Positions 11,044 to 20,905 of a DNA stretch of 64,000 bases are shown here, in pieces. Under the pieces are notes generated by a model that saw nothing but the letters and a program-made list of their open reading frames with translations, ran no database searches and was not told the DNA's origin. This DNA is from Candidatus Poribacteria bacterium (GTDB lineage Bacteria > Poribacteria > WGA-4E > PCPOR2b). A program made the translations under genes and the position numbers. The stretch lies in NCBI GenBank assembly GCA_965208325.1, contig OZ242326.1:1280001-1344000 (forward strand), read 5' to 3'. Each line of letters starts with the position of its first letter. Within the stretch, counting starts at the first letter, position 1.

Positions 11044-11391
11044 ATGAAAATTGATACGAAATCAATTTGGATTCCCCAAGCCATAGTCATTGCGATGCTA
11101 TTGTACACTCCTTTTTTTGGGGATCTATTTTATCCGCATTCAACCTTGCTTAAGTGAGTCTGCTGTCCGGCGTTCGCATATCTCGCATCCGAGGCATGGA
11201 AACGACAGAAAACCGGTTGGGTCTGGGTCCTTGGGACCGTCGCCGTTTATTTCAATCCCATTTTCCAGCCTCATTCAATATGGAAAATGTGGTATATTGA
11301 GATTCAATCCGTCATAGGCTTAGCCACGGCCTCAATCTTAGTCCTAAATTCCAAAAAAACCAGAAAAATGACACCTGTACAGAAGCTGTAG
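11044..11391 (+). pseudogene. Small membrane protein (DUF6804-like) interrupted by an in-frame TGA
   Basis: Reads IWIPQ..MLL..LLK*VCC..FAYLA..GWVWVLG..FNPIF in one frame. The TGA at 11155-11157 falls where the family, as I recall it, has Trp (LLRWVCC). Confidence 0.65.
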
Positions 11392-11488
11392 GTTAGGTTG
11401 AGCAGTTTAACGAAAAACGCCATCATTAGGTGGGGGCACCGCAACTGAATAATGTTACAAAACCTCCATGACGTAGCGTAACCCGACG
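11387..11488 (+). repeat. GTAG-type REP-like element, copy A
   Basis: TGTAGGTTAGGT...ACGTAGCGTAACCCGACG; both ends match the reverse complement of 13332-13432. Confidence 0.55.
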
Positions 11489-11913
11489 CGTTATCTAAAT
11501 CCGAACCTGCTTTCTGCAATGACATACGTCCCAATATTTGACTGAAATTTTAAGGGATCGATGAGTTTTTTGTAATTTGTGCTGCGGAATCAACCGACTA
11601 GATTGGGTGGGCGATAGGGTTCTCTGGCGGTCTCTAGACTTTACGAAACTCAACGCAATTTGAATCTTCCGAGCCACCAACCGTTTTATTCTGACGTCAT
11701 AACTTTCGATCCAACTAAAATCAACAAGAGTCAAAGGAGGAGTTCGGTGTTCAGAAATCTCCAATCCATACGAAGGGTTTTCGTTGGGAGGGAGACTGGG
11801 GAAGACTATCATACTTGCAGTTCGCGCATTTGATTAGTTGCTCATCGTTCACCTGATGTCTATAAAAACTACAAAAATGACTATTTTATCGCGCATAGGA
11901 AGGATACCCAATA

Positions 11914-12978
11914 ATGCAGAAAAATCGCCCGTGTTTAAGTCAACTTTCCTCTCATGCTAGCTTAGCAATAACTATAGCTGTGTTGTTCGTTATCACCATT
12001 AGTAGCTGCGACATGATTCAGGAACTTCTCATAACGGAAGACGTCCCGGAAGCCTCCGAAACCACAACCGTTACTATTCTGGGCGGCACGCCGGGCGGCA
12101 GCTTTACGCCATTTGCGCACGCAGTGAGTAACATCGCCACGCAGAATCAATCGAAATTGGAAATAGCTGTTGAGGCATCTCCGGGATCGGTAGCGAATAC
12201 ACGCCGTGTAAACGAAAATCAGGATTACCTCGGTATCGCCTTTTCATCGGAAAGCTATTTGGGTTTCCACGGGCAAGAAGTATTCGCTGAAGAGGGTGCG
12301 AAAACTAACATCAGAGCCGTGACGCTACTCTATATTGCGTATTCCCAGACTGCCGTGCTGGCTGATAGCGATATTCATCAATTTGAAGACTTGGTCGGCA
12401 ACACAATAGCCAGCGGTAGAATCGGATCCGGCTCGGCACAAACGATAGCGCGCTTGGCAACATCGGCTGGTATCTGGGGCGAATTTGTGGTGGTGCATAA
12501 GGGCAGTGATGAAGGTGCAACAGCGCTCCGGACCGGAGAAGTCAACGCTTTTCATATGTTGGTCAGCGTGCCGAACGATGCGATGGCGCAGCTCGCTGCA
12601 ACTAACGACATCAGAATGCTTGACATGGACGCACCCGCGCAAGCATCTGGGTTTTACGACCAGTACCCGTTTTACCTATCCGGAGCACTTCCAGTGGATG
12701 CTTACGGGGGCAAAGTTGAGACAGTTAACACACTATTGATGCCGACATTGCTAATCGCTCACAAAGATATGTCAGCAGAAATAGTTTATGCAATCCTCCA
12801 GCGGGTTTATACCTCAGAAGGATTGCAAGCAATGCGCGATGCCACCGGAGGCGCTGCGGCGGATATGACGCCTGAAAATGCCCCAAAAGCATTTGTAATA
12901 CCGCTCCACCAAGGCGCCTACCAATTTTGGAGTGAACAAGGCCATACAATTCCTGCACACGCGATGCCGGTGGATTAA
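11914..12978 (+). CDS. TAXI-family TRAP transporter solute-binding protein (lipoprotein-like)
   Basis: Lipobox-like ISSC; GGTPGGSF, ASPGSVAN, GSGSAQT and IPLHQGA motifs. Confidence 0.85.
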   Translation: MQKNRPCLSQLSSHASLAITIAVLFVITISSCDMIQELLITEDVPEASETTTVTILGGTPGGSFTPFAHAVSNIATQNQSKLEIAVEASPGSVANTRRVNENQDYLGIAFSSESYLGFHGQEVFAEEGAKTNIRAVTLLYIAYSQTAVLADSDIHQFEDLVGNTIASGRIGSGSAQTIARLATSAGIWGEFVVVHKGSDEGATALRTGEVNAFHMLVSVPNDAMAQLAATNDIRMLDMDAPAQASGFYDQYPFYLSGALPVDAYGGKVETVNTLLMPTLLIAHKDMSAEIVYAILQRVYTSEGLQAMRDATGGAAADMTPENAPKAFVIPLHQGAYQFWSEQGHTIPAHAMPVD

Positions 12979-13331
12979 GGAAAATCGCCCTCTTTTTGCG
13001 TTCGATTTTGAAGAGATGTGTTAGTGGGTCCTAACGATTCTCAATCCAAACACATTTTCTCTGCAAGCCAGTTCGGGTAAGTTGCGAACAGCAATTAACC
13101 GAGTAGGGTCCACTGAGCGGATAGCGAAGGCGATAATTTTCTACCCGCTGCGATAGTCTTCTCTAGTGTTTTCGAAGCCTAACGCTGATGAACCATAAGG
13201 GAAACAAACCGGGCAATTCAAACAGCACAATATTTGGGACAATAAATAGCAATTACAGGCCAGAGACAGATCTGATGTTCGGTATCACTTAATCCTCAAG
13301 CCGCATTTTTGTTGTCCATAGGTTTTAACAC

Positions 13332-13432
13332 CGTTGGGTTTCGCTCCGTTCAACGAATATCGAACGCATTTACCGGTAAGACGATTTATCAGAATGCACA
13401 TGTTTCATTTTCTCCGGCCTACCCAACCTACA
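13332..13432 (-). repeat. GTAG-type REP-like element, copy B
   Basis: Minus strand reads TGTAGGTTGGGT...ACGGAGCGAAACCCAACG; same ~101-nt length as copy A. Confidence 0.55.
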
Positions 13433-13494
13433 AACACTGACATGATGCATCTTTATCGTATATAAGCACACCGACCTAATTCTTGGATTATGGA

Positions 13495-13523
13495 TTGACC
13501 GTCTAGGTGGGATTTGCTATACT
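13495..13523 (+). promoter_or_regulatory. Sigma70-type promoter
   Basis: TTGACC-17nt-TATACT with extended TG. Confidence 0.55.
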
Positions 13524-13617
13524 ATGCTTACCGGGTAATTATGATAGGCATCGGCTGAAGAACTGAGATGCGCTGCGTCGAGGGGATATATTTTTTTCGA
13601 GCTTAGCAATTATAGAA

Positions 13618-14313
13618 ATGGCGCCATCGTTGAAAAGTATGTATATGACACACGTATCTGAGGTAACCAAAAGTTTGCAAACAAGATTGCTAATGATAGT
13701 AATAGGAATTTTGTCATGGACTATTATCAATTGCGTGTGCGCCGGCGCAGAAGAAATTGAAAATCTCGCCCGAGGCGGAGATTTCGAGACGCCTGACGAC
13801 ACGGCGCAGTGGGGGCTATGGAAAGCGGCGGCGACGCAGGGCAACATGAAATTAGACAAAAAGAACGCCGCGGTAGGGGAATCCAGCCTCTACGTCTTTG
13901 ATATTATCTTGGATCCGGTTGACAAATGGAAACCCAATATTGTACAAGTGGATGTTTTTATCCTTGAGAAGAAAAAGATTCATACTTTCTCCGCATTTCT
14001 AAAGGCGGAAAAACCCCGCCAGCTTAGACTGACCTTTATCGATCATATCAACGAGCCGTGGCCTATGGGTCCGGACAAGATTTTTGATGTCGGCACTGAA
14101 TGGAAGGAATACTGGGTGACCAGCATACCCGCCGCCCTAGCGGGTTCGCTGCAAATCACCAACGCGCCCGAAGGGTCAAGAGTGAATTACTGGATAGATG
14201 GCGTTCGGTTCTACCGTGGCGAATTTCAGCCGACCATCCCACCCAAGGCGGTGTCGTCGGCAGACAAGCTCGCAACGAAATGGGGAACCTTAAAAACCCG
14301 ATACGGTCGATAG
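13618..14313 (+). CDS. Secreted carbohydrate-binding (CBM4/9-like) domain protein with a conserved C-terminal tail
   Basis: Hydrophobic signal-like segment, ENLARGGDFE, YWIDGVRFY, and C-terminal AVSSADKLATKWGTLK. Start uncertain. Confidence 0.7.
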   Translation: MAPSLKSMYMTHVSEVTKSLQTRLLMIVIGILSWTIINCVCAGAEEIENLARGGDFETPDDTAQWGLWKAAATQGNMKLDKKNAAVGESSLYVFDIILDPVDKWKPNIVQVDVFILEKKKIHTFSAFLKAEKPRQLRLTFIDHINEPWPMGPDKIFDVGTEWKEYWVTSIPAALAGSLQITNAPEGSRVNYWIDGVRFYRGEFQPTIPPKAVSSADKLATKWGTLKTRYGR

Positions 14314-14566
14314 TTTGCATCGCCATTGAGTTGTTATCGTCGTTTCTGTTGATAATTACACGAGGCGTGATTGAAGGGCGAAAGTCGAGGGGCGGAAACT
14401 TCTCCTACAGACCGAAGTAGAGCCTTTGCGGGTGATGTTTACACACGGAAGGATTGACCGACTAATAATCGAGACGAGGAAGCCTCTCTCACAAATTAAT
14501 GAGCAAACCTATTACTTGTAGTTGTAATGACCATATTTTCTACATCATGACAGAAGGTGAATCATC

Positions 14567-15376
14567 ATGACCCCAGAACAAGAGAAGGTGCACTTCGACA
14601 CGTTCGGCTTTATTATCAAGCGGAGCTTGTTTAATTCGGAAGAGATGGAGCAGTTTTCCCGCTGGTTTGACGAGGGGTGCGACGCGGTGTGCGGACCGTT
14701 CGCGGGCGTTGGTCAGATGGGTTACCCCGGATTGAGCATTCACGCAGGTTTCTGCGATCATTTCCTTGATGACCCCCGCATTATGGACAGGCTAGAAAAC
14801 TTAATGGGGGACGGGTTCCAACTCATTGCGTCAGACGCGCAGCGCCACGGCGGGAATTCGAGTTGGCACCAGGACACGGTCATCCCGATGGAAGCCGGTA
14901 AGCCGACTGAATACCTGATGCTCAAGGTGATAATGTATCTGGACGACCACAGCGAGGGACCGGGTTGTCTCTGGCTGCTCCCGGGAACACACCGCAGGGG
15001 CTACGGCGATGCGCTGCGCGGGTTGATTACGATGGGCAATCCGAGCGATGCAGACGCTTTAACGCCGGCGGGCGTGCCGCCGACGGACCTTCCCGGCGCC
15101 ATCGCCACGAACACGCGCCCAGGTGACATCATCTTTTTCAATCAGAAACTCGGACACTCCTCATGGGGCGGAAAGCCGGGGCGCCGGTTCTTGGGGCTGA
15201 CGTTCGGCGCGAAACCAACGGAGGATTGGCAGGTCGAATGGCTGGAGCATCACGGCGAACAGTGGAAGCATAGCTGCGCGAACGAAAGGAATTCACAGTT
15301 TCCGGATCACTTGGTAAAGTCGGCGGGACCGCGCCGCAGAGCACTAATCGAGTTCATGCACAGCCGAGGGTATTGA
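14567..15376 (+). CDS. Phytanoyl-CoA dioxygenase (PhyH) family Fe(II)/2OG oxygenase
   Basis: FDTFGF, WHQD, LPGTH, PGDIIFF..H. Confidence 0.85.
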   Translation: MTPEQEKVHFDTFGFIIKRSLFNSEEMEQFSRWFDEGCDAVCGPFAGVGQMGYPGLSIHAGFCDHFLDDPRIMDRLENLMGDGFQLIASDAQRHGGNSSWHQDTVIPMEAGKPTEYLMLKVIMYLDDHSEGPGCLWLLPGTHRRGYGDALRGLITMGNPSDADALTPAGVPPTDLPGAIATNTRPGDIIFFNQKLGHSSWGGKPGRRFLGLTFGAKPTEDWQVEWLEHHGEQWKHSCANERNSQFPDHLVKSAGPRRRALIEFMHSRGY

Positions 15377-15404
15377 GCGCGTCAACGGGAAAAAGTGTTA
15401 CAAC

Positions 15405-16193
15405 ATGACAGATAACGTTATCCCCATCAGCGATCAACAGATTTTACAGTACCGGCAACAAGGGTACATCACCGTTGGAGGGCTATTCACGGCGGACGAA
15501 GTCGAATCCGTGCGAAGCGAAATTACCAAAATTGTACGGTGTTATCCGGATGGCCCTGACGGGCTGGTGGAATTTGAGCCGTCAGTTGAAAGCGGCGAAA
15601 ATGCGCCTGACGAGATTGATTTAAGGGTTCGAAAACTCTCCAACGTGGTTCGACACAACGTCTTCTTCCGAAAGCTAGCCTTCCATCCAAAGATGGCAGC
15701 GATTGCTACAGCACTGTTGGGGCCCGACGTTGTTCTACTTCAAAGCATCATGTTGCTAAAACCGCCGCGCATTGGCAGCGCCAAGGTTTGGCACCAAGAC
15801 AACGCCTATTTTCGACGCAATCCAAACCATATTGTCGGATTTTGGATTGCTTGCGATGATGCCACAGTCGAGAACGGCTGCATGCATGTTCTCCCCGGTT
15901 CGCACACACTCGGAATCCTAGAACATGGTGGCTTCAAGAATGAATACGGCACGCTAAAAACGCCGTCTTTTGAAGAAGCCGTAGCAGTTCCGTTGAAGGC
16001 GGGCGGTGCGTTGATTTTTCACGGCGAGTTGTTGCACGGGTCGCCGCCAAATAATACCGCCGAGCGTCGGCGTTCGATACAATACCATTACGCATCGAGC
16101 AAATGCCGCCGATCCGAAGGGTGGGAAATGTACAAGGTTAAGCCGGAGGTGCACGTTGCCGGGCGGGATTTCGGTTATGATTTGGCGGGGTGA
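15405..16193 (+). CDS. Phytanoyl-CoA dioxygenase (PhyH) family Fe(II)/2OG oxygenase
   Basis: WHQDNAY, ENGCMHVLPGSH, LLHGSPPN..RRR. Confidence 0.9.
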   Translation: MTDNVIPISDQQILQYRQQGYITVGGLFTADEVESVRSEITKIVRCYPDGPDGLVEFEPSVESGENAPDEIDLRVRKLSNVVRHNVFFRKLAFHPKMAAIATALLGPDVVLLQSIMLLKPPRIGSAKVWHQDNAYFRRNPNHIVGFWIACDDATVENGCMHVLPGSHTLGILEHGGFKNEYGTLKTPSFEEAVAVPLKAGGALIFHGELLHGSPPNNTAERRRSIQYHYASSKCRRSEGWEMYKVKPEVHVAGRDFGYDLAG

Positions 16194-16413
16194 TCCCTCC
16201 CTTGACCAACCGCGGGCAGTGAACCCCTACTATACAGATACGGTTGAGAACTGTCGGTAAGGGAACCCAACCCAAACGATTGGCCATTTGGATGGAGTTG
16301 CTCCGACTGTGATTATTGCGCCCTCTAACTCCCCGTTGATAATGGGAAGGATGCAGAAGGCGGCAACCAATTATGATTTATGGTCAATGCAAACGGAAAT
16401 AGGAGAAATGCGA

Positions 16414-16767
16414 ATGAAACGCTATGCACAGACTGTTCTGCTGAAGGATGACACGGAAATCATCAGGCAGTACGAAGAGTACCATGCCAATCCGTTTCCG
16501 GAGGTAATACAGGGCGTCCAGAACTGCGGCGTATTGCGGCTTTTCATTTACCGTTACGGACGGCAACTTTTTATGTTCATGGAGACTGAAGACGACTTCG
16601 ACATGGAACGAGATATGCCAAAATACATGGAGCACCCTAGAGCTAGAGAATGGGACACGCTGATGCGCACTTTTCAAGAGACAGTTCCGGGGGCGCCAGA
16701 AGGTTCGACTTGGGTAGAGATGAAAGAGGTTTTCGCCTATGACGGCGAACTCATTCCGCAGTCTTAG
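16414..16767 (+). CDS. L-rhamnose/L-fucose mutarotase
   Basis: YEEYHA..PEV, IYRYG..LFM, EW..LM..FQ, WVEMKEVF; start chosen 8 nt after the SD AGGAG. Confidence 0.85.
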   Translation: MKRYAQTVLLKDDTEIIRQYEEYHANPFPEVIQGVQNCGVLRLFIYRYGRQLFMFMETEDDFDMERDMPKYMEHPRAREWDTLMRTFQETVPGAPEGSTWVEMKEVFAYDGELIPQS

Positions 16768-16840
16768 CTGAAACTTGAGAATTCCTAAGCGAGTCGGTTA
16801 CGCGTAGTGATGCAATTTCGAAACAGCCGGAGGTATCGAC

Positions 16841-17704
16841 GTGGCTCCTAACGTAATGCCAATTCCGCAAGATTTTACTAAGGTGACGCTAATCACTGGC
16901 GGCAGCAAGGGTATCGGGTCCGGATGCGCGCGGGTCTTTGTCGAAGCCGGCGCCCCCGTCGTAATTTGCGCCAGAGGCAGAGAAGCCGGAGAGGCGTTGG
17001 CGGCAGAACTAAACTCTCAAGGATCGGGCGAATGCCATTTTCGGCAGTGCGATGTATCCGTACCAGAAGACATTTATCGAGTCATAGACTGGACTGTTGA
17101 CAAGTATGGACGCTTGGACTGTCTGATTAATAACGCCGGTATGCATCCACCGCATAGAGCGATAGATGAATTTTCGGTCGAAGATTTTAAGCAATTGTTG
17201 GACCTGAACTTGGTCAGCTATTTTGCCGCCTCCAAGTACGCCCTGCCGCATCTGAGAGAGGTTCGCGGCAGCATCATCAATATGGGAAGCTTGGTCGGAA
17301 CTATGGGGCAGCAGTTGGCGACTATCTATTGCGCGACCAAGGGCGGCATCAGTGCGTTCACCAAAGCGCTTGCTATTGAGGAAGCGCGGCACGGCGTACG
17401 CGTCAACGCGGTGCTGCCGGGCAACATCTTGTCAAACAGCCGTGTCGAGGGGGTGGCTCAATCGGAGAACCCTGAAGAACTCGATAAGCTGGTAGATAGC
17501 TGGCAGTGGGCGGGACGCAGCGGTTCAAATGAGGAAGCCGGTTATGTCTGCCTGTTTCTAGCGAGCGATTGGGCAAGTTATGTCACCGGTATTGACCTGG
17601 TCATTAGCGGTGGGTCGGAACTGGGGTACGGGGTCAAAGCGCCGTGGAAGATAGGGTTGGATTTGGTAAAATCACAGTATCCTGATCCCGTTCATCCGAT
17701 GTAA
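16841..17704 (+). CDS. SDR oxidoreductase, HSD17B14/L-fucose dehydrogenase-like
   Basis: TGGSKGIG, NNAGMHPP, YCATK and GGSELGYG; SD GGAGG before the GTG start. Confidence 0.8.
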   Translation: MAPNVMPIPQDFTKVTLITGGSKGIGSGCARVFVEAGAPVVICARGREAGEALAAELNSQGSGECHFRQCDVSVPEDIYRVIDWTVDKYGRLDCLINNAGMHPPHRAIDEFSVEDFKQLLDLNLVSYFAASKYALPHLREVRGSIINMGSLVGTMGQQLATIYCATKGGISAFTKALAIEEARHGVRVNAVLPGNILSNSRVEGVAQSENPEELDKLVDSWQWAGRSGSNEEAGYVCLFLASDWASYVTGIDLVISGGSELGYGVKAPWKIGLDLVKSQYPDPVHPM

Positions 17705-17915
17705 ATTGGGTCATATTTGCATTTTTAAATTAGAAACAACCTGCTTTTTTAGGATAGTGCACAAATCGTTAATAAACTGCGGTGGTTCGGTTTCCTAGTC
17801 TAAACGGTACTATCCAGTCCCTAGATGCGGTTAGATATCGCACCTACCGAATCATGTTTAAAATGGATGAAATGGACTTTAACATGAGGCAAAATGAAAT
17901 TAGGAGAATTTTTTT

Positions 17916-18698
17916 ATGGGTCAAGCAATTAACAAGTTTCGAGAGAAACTCAAGTCAGGAACAATCTGCCTCGGACCGGGCATCACGCTAACGGATCCAC
18001 TCGTTACCGATGCATTGGGCGACTCGGTAGATTTTTTTTGGATTGACTTAGAACATAGTTTAATGAGCCCTGAAGCGCTCAACGGGCACCTCTTGTCGGC
18101 GCGTGCTAGGGAAGTCGCTTCTCTAGTCCGTGTGAGCGGCAGCGCAACACCGTTTATCAAGCCGGTGCTGGATGCGGGCGCGGACGGGATAGTTGTGCCG
18201 CAGGTTAAGACTGCGGAAGAGGTGCGGCAAGTTATCCGCGATTGCCACTATCCTCCGCTAGGCACCCGCGGCTTCGGTCCGCGAGTGCCGTCCAATTACG
18301 GCCGTGAGGGCGGGAGTGAATACGTTGACCGCGCCAATGCAGACATCTTCGTTGCTGTCCAGATTGAAACTATGGGCGCGCTGGAAGCTATCGACGAGAT
18401 TGTAGCCATACCGGGAATAGATTCTTTAGTCATTGGTCCCCAGGACCTTTCGGGGGCGTTGGGACTGCTCGGCGATGTCGAACATCCCAAAGTCGTCGCC
18501 GCGATTGAAACGATAGTCAAGAAGGCGCGCGATGCCGGGCTGTTTGTCGGCGCGGGAATGGGAACAGACCCAGACTACGCTTACATTATGGCGAAACGCG
18601 GCGTGCAATGGCTTCAGATAGGCGGCGACTTTGGATACCTAATCGCTTACATGGACGAACTCAATTTGTCAGTGCGAAGCAGGATAGAGAACGCATAA
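17916..18698 (+). CDS. HpcH/HpaI-family aldolase (2-keto-3-deoxy sugar acid aldolase-like)
   Basis: IDLEH, VLDAGADGIVVP, YPPLGTRG, QIET, IGPQDLS. Confidence 0.88.
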   Translation: MGQAINKFREKLKSGTICLGPGITLTDPLVTDALGDSVDFFWIDLEHSLMSPEALNGHLLSARAREVASLVRVSGSATPFIKPVLDAGADGIVVPQVKTAEEVRQVIRDCHYPPLGTRGFGPRVPSNYGREGGSEYVDRANADIFVAVQIETMGALEAIDEIVAIPGIDSLVIGPQDLSGALGLLGDVEHPKVVAAIETIVKKARDAGLFVGAGMGTDPDYAYIMAKRGVQWLQIGGDFGYLIAYMDELNLSVRSRIENA

Positions 18699-18726
18699 GA
18701 TAAATAGGCACGGGAGGTATAGCACT

Positions 18727-19650
18727 ATGCTGATTGACGCACACGCGCACATTTTCCCCGAAGTGAACGGGATGAATGCAGCGGGCCCCACGCGCGGGTT
18801 AGGTTACGGGCGTGTCACGATTGGGGATCAACCGCTTCAACTATTTCCGCCCAACGGTGCGAAAACCGTAGTCACTCCCGAAATGCTTTTGGCATACATG
18901 GATTGGGGCGGAGTTGACAAGACGATGCTGCTTCAGGGTCCGTTTTACGGTGAGTGCGACCAATACGTCCTGGACGCCATGAATCGTTATCCGGACCGCT
19001 TTATGGGCGCTGCTTACCTCGATCCTTGGGCGTCGGATTGCCGTGATGCATTGGACAGAATTACCGCGTTATCGGGTTTCCGCGCCGTAAAAATGGAGTG
19101 TTCTGAAGCTTCAGGGCTGTGCGGGATTCACCCCGAGGGAAGGCTGGATGCGCCTGATATCATATGGATTTGGCATGAACTTGAGCGCCGCGATTGGGTA
19201 CTCGTTTTCGATTTGGGTGCGGTAGGCAGCCGTTCTTATCAGACAAGTGCGGTGCGCGGAATTGCGGAATCGCACCCCAAGCTTCGAATTGTAATTGCGC
19301 ATTTGGGGCAGCCGAACACACGAGTTGAGTCCGACCCGGAACTTTGGGGGTTGTGGCAGGAACAGATAGATTTGGGTACGTTACCCAATGTATGGTTTGA
19401 CAATTCCGCAGTGCCGGCTTACCTTGCGGATGAAGGCTACCCGTTCCCGAGTGCGGAGCGGTATATGCGTTTAGCAATCGACCGCATTGGCCCGTCAAAG
19501 CTGATGTGGGGTACGGATGTCCCGGGGCTATTATCACAAGCGACCTATCCGCAACTCGTGAAGTTAGCCGAACTGCACACGCATTTTCTATCCTCGGGCG
19601 AACAAGCTATGGTGCTCGGCGGTACGGCGATGCAGGTGTATGGGGGATGA
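18727..19650 (+). CDS. Amidohydrolase family protein (putative sugar lactonase)
   Basis: IDAHAH, IAHLG, LMWGTD. Confidence 0.8.
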   Translation: MLIDAHAHIFPEVNGMNAAGPTRGLGYGRVTIGDQPLQLFPPNGAKTVVTPEMLLAYMDWGGVDKTMLLQGPFYGECDQYVLDAMNRYPDRFMGAAYLDPWASDCRDALDRITALSGFRAVKMECSEASGLCGIHPEGRLDAPDIIWIWHELERRDWVLVFDLGAVGSRSYQTSAVRGIAESHPKLRIVIAHLGQPNTRVESDPELWGLWQEQIDLGTLPNVWFDNSAVPAYLADEGYPFPSAERYMRLAIDRIGPSKLMWGTDVPGLLSQATYPQLVKLAELHTHFLSSGEQAMVLGGTAMQVYGG

Positions 19651-20021
19651 GGTAATCTCAAAATAACCGCTTACATCAACAGACGATCTGTCCGGTAATT
19701 ATACGCTTTTATCGCCGAGTCAGGATGGTAATAACGGTGTCTAAGTAAGATTGCATCTAATCGCAATTGGAGAACCGTTATTTGATGGACGCAACATGAC
19801 GTGTAAGATAAACATTATAGGCGTTAAATCTTTTACGCACCAACAACGGTTCAAACTTGACATTTAACCGGGTAAAATTTGGTTTATTGATTGGGGCGTA
19901 GTTAGCGAGGGCGGGAAGTATCATTGGGACGGGCATCGTCCTGTGATTTATTATGACGCCGCTTTGATCCATGATGTGCTGTCGTTGAAATTGGATTAGT
20001 TTTACGCTATTCCATATAAAT

Positions 20022-20723
20022 TCAACTTGAATTCGCATTGGATGCAACACGCACTTGTTGCATGAGTACATTCAACCTCTGGCGATCTCGTATACCCTTC
20101 TCCGATTCAACGCCGGAACAGAGATCGATTCCAAAAGGACGGACGTTTTCAATCGCCGCCTTGACATTTTCAGGGCGAATTCCGCCCGCCAAGAACGCGG
20201 GAATTTTTGAATCGCCTATTAGTTGCCTTGCAAGTTTCCAATCGCTAGTCTTGCCGGTACCGCCAAATCGAGCTCTTCCCGCGCCGAAATCGACTGTGTC
20301 GAACAACAGGGCATCTGCCCCAGCGTCGACGTAAGTTTTTGCTTTTGCATTGATGGCACGAGCATCAAATTCTCTCCCGGCATCTGACGGCAAAAAAAGC
20401 GATTTCCAGACTTCGCACGACAGCACCCGTTTCAATCTAAAGATTTCATCGGGCGTTTCATCTCCAAGCAGTTGAAGCGCAAAAGGATTTATCTTGCCCA
20501 CGGCTTTTTCAATCCAGTCTACCGGCCGATTATATATCAGCACGACCGTTGAAATCTTGGTAAAACGTGCAATTTCGGCAGCGTGATAAACAGAAACAGA
20601 CCGCTCGGAAACAGACGCTTCAACTACTATCCCGGTGTAATCCGCCTCGGCCTCGGCTGCCATCTGCGCGTCTACAATATTGGTTGTACCGCATATTTTG
20701 ACTTTGCAGCGAGTATTTGTCAT
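20022..20723 (-). CDS. trpF: Phosphoribosylanthranilate isomerase
   Basis: VKICG, FGGTGK..DW, LAGGIRPENV, IDLCSGVE; start moved to ATG 20723. Confidence 0.88.
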   Translation of the reverse strand: MTNTRCKVKICGTTNIVDAQMAAEAEADYTGIVVEASVSERSVSVYHAAEIARFTKISTVVLIYNRPVDWIEKAVGKINPFALQLLGDETPDEIFRLKRVLSCEVWKSLFLPSDAGREFDARAINAKAKTYVDAGADALLFDTVDFGAGRARFGGTGKTSDWKLARQLIGDSKIPAFLAGGIRPENVKAAIENVRPFGIDLCSGVESEKGIRDRQRLNVLMQQVRVASNANSS

Positions 20724-20905
20724 ACAATTCAAGCTCGCTTTCATTTTGCAGATTATTACTTTTATACAGCCGTTGCTAACGAAGCAGTATTTACCACCTT
20801 CGTTGCAGTGGCGCATTCCGCATCCACCGAAACTCCGATTCGTCACCTACCGGTACTCGCGACATCATTACTAGTAGGTTAAGGCTTTGCGCAAAATACT
20901 GGTGA

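Noticed and set aside
11155..11157. Selenocysteine or TGA=Trp recoding
   Set aside because: The position corresponds to Trp rather than Cys, no SECIS-like hairpin was recognised, and TGA is used as a normal stop by many genes here.
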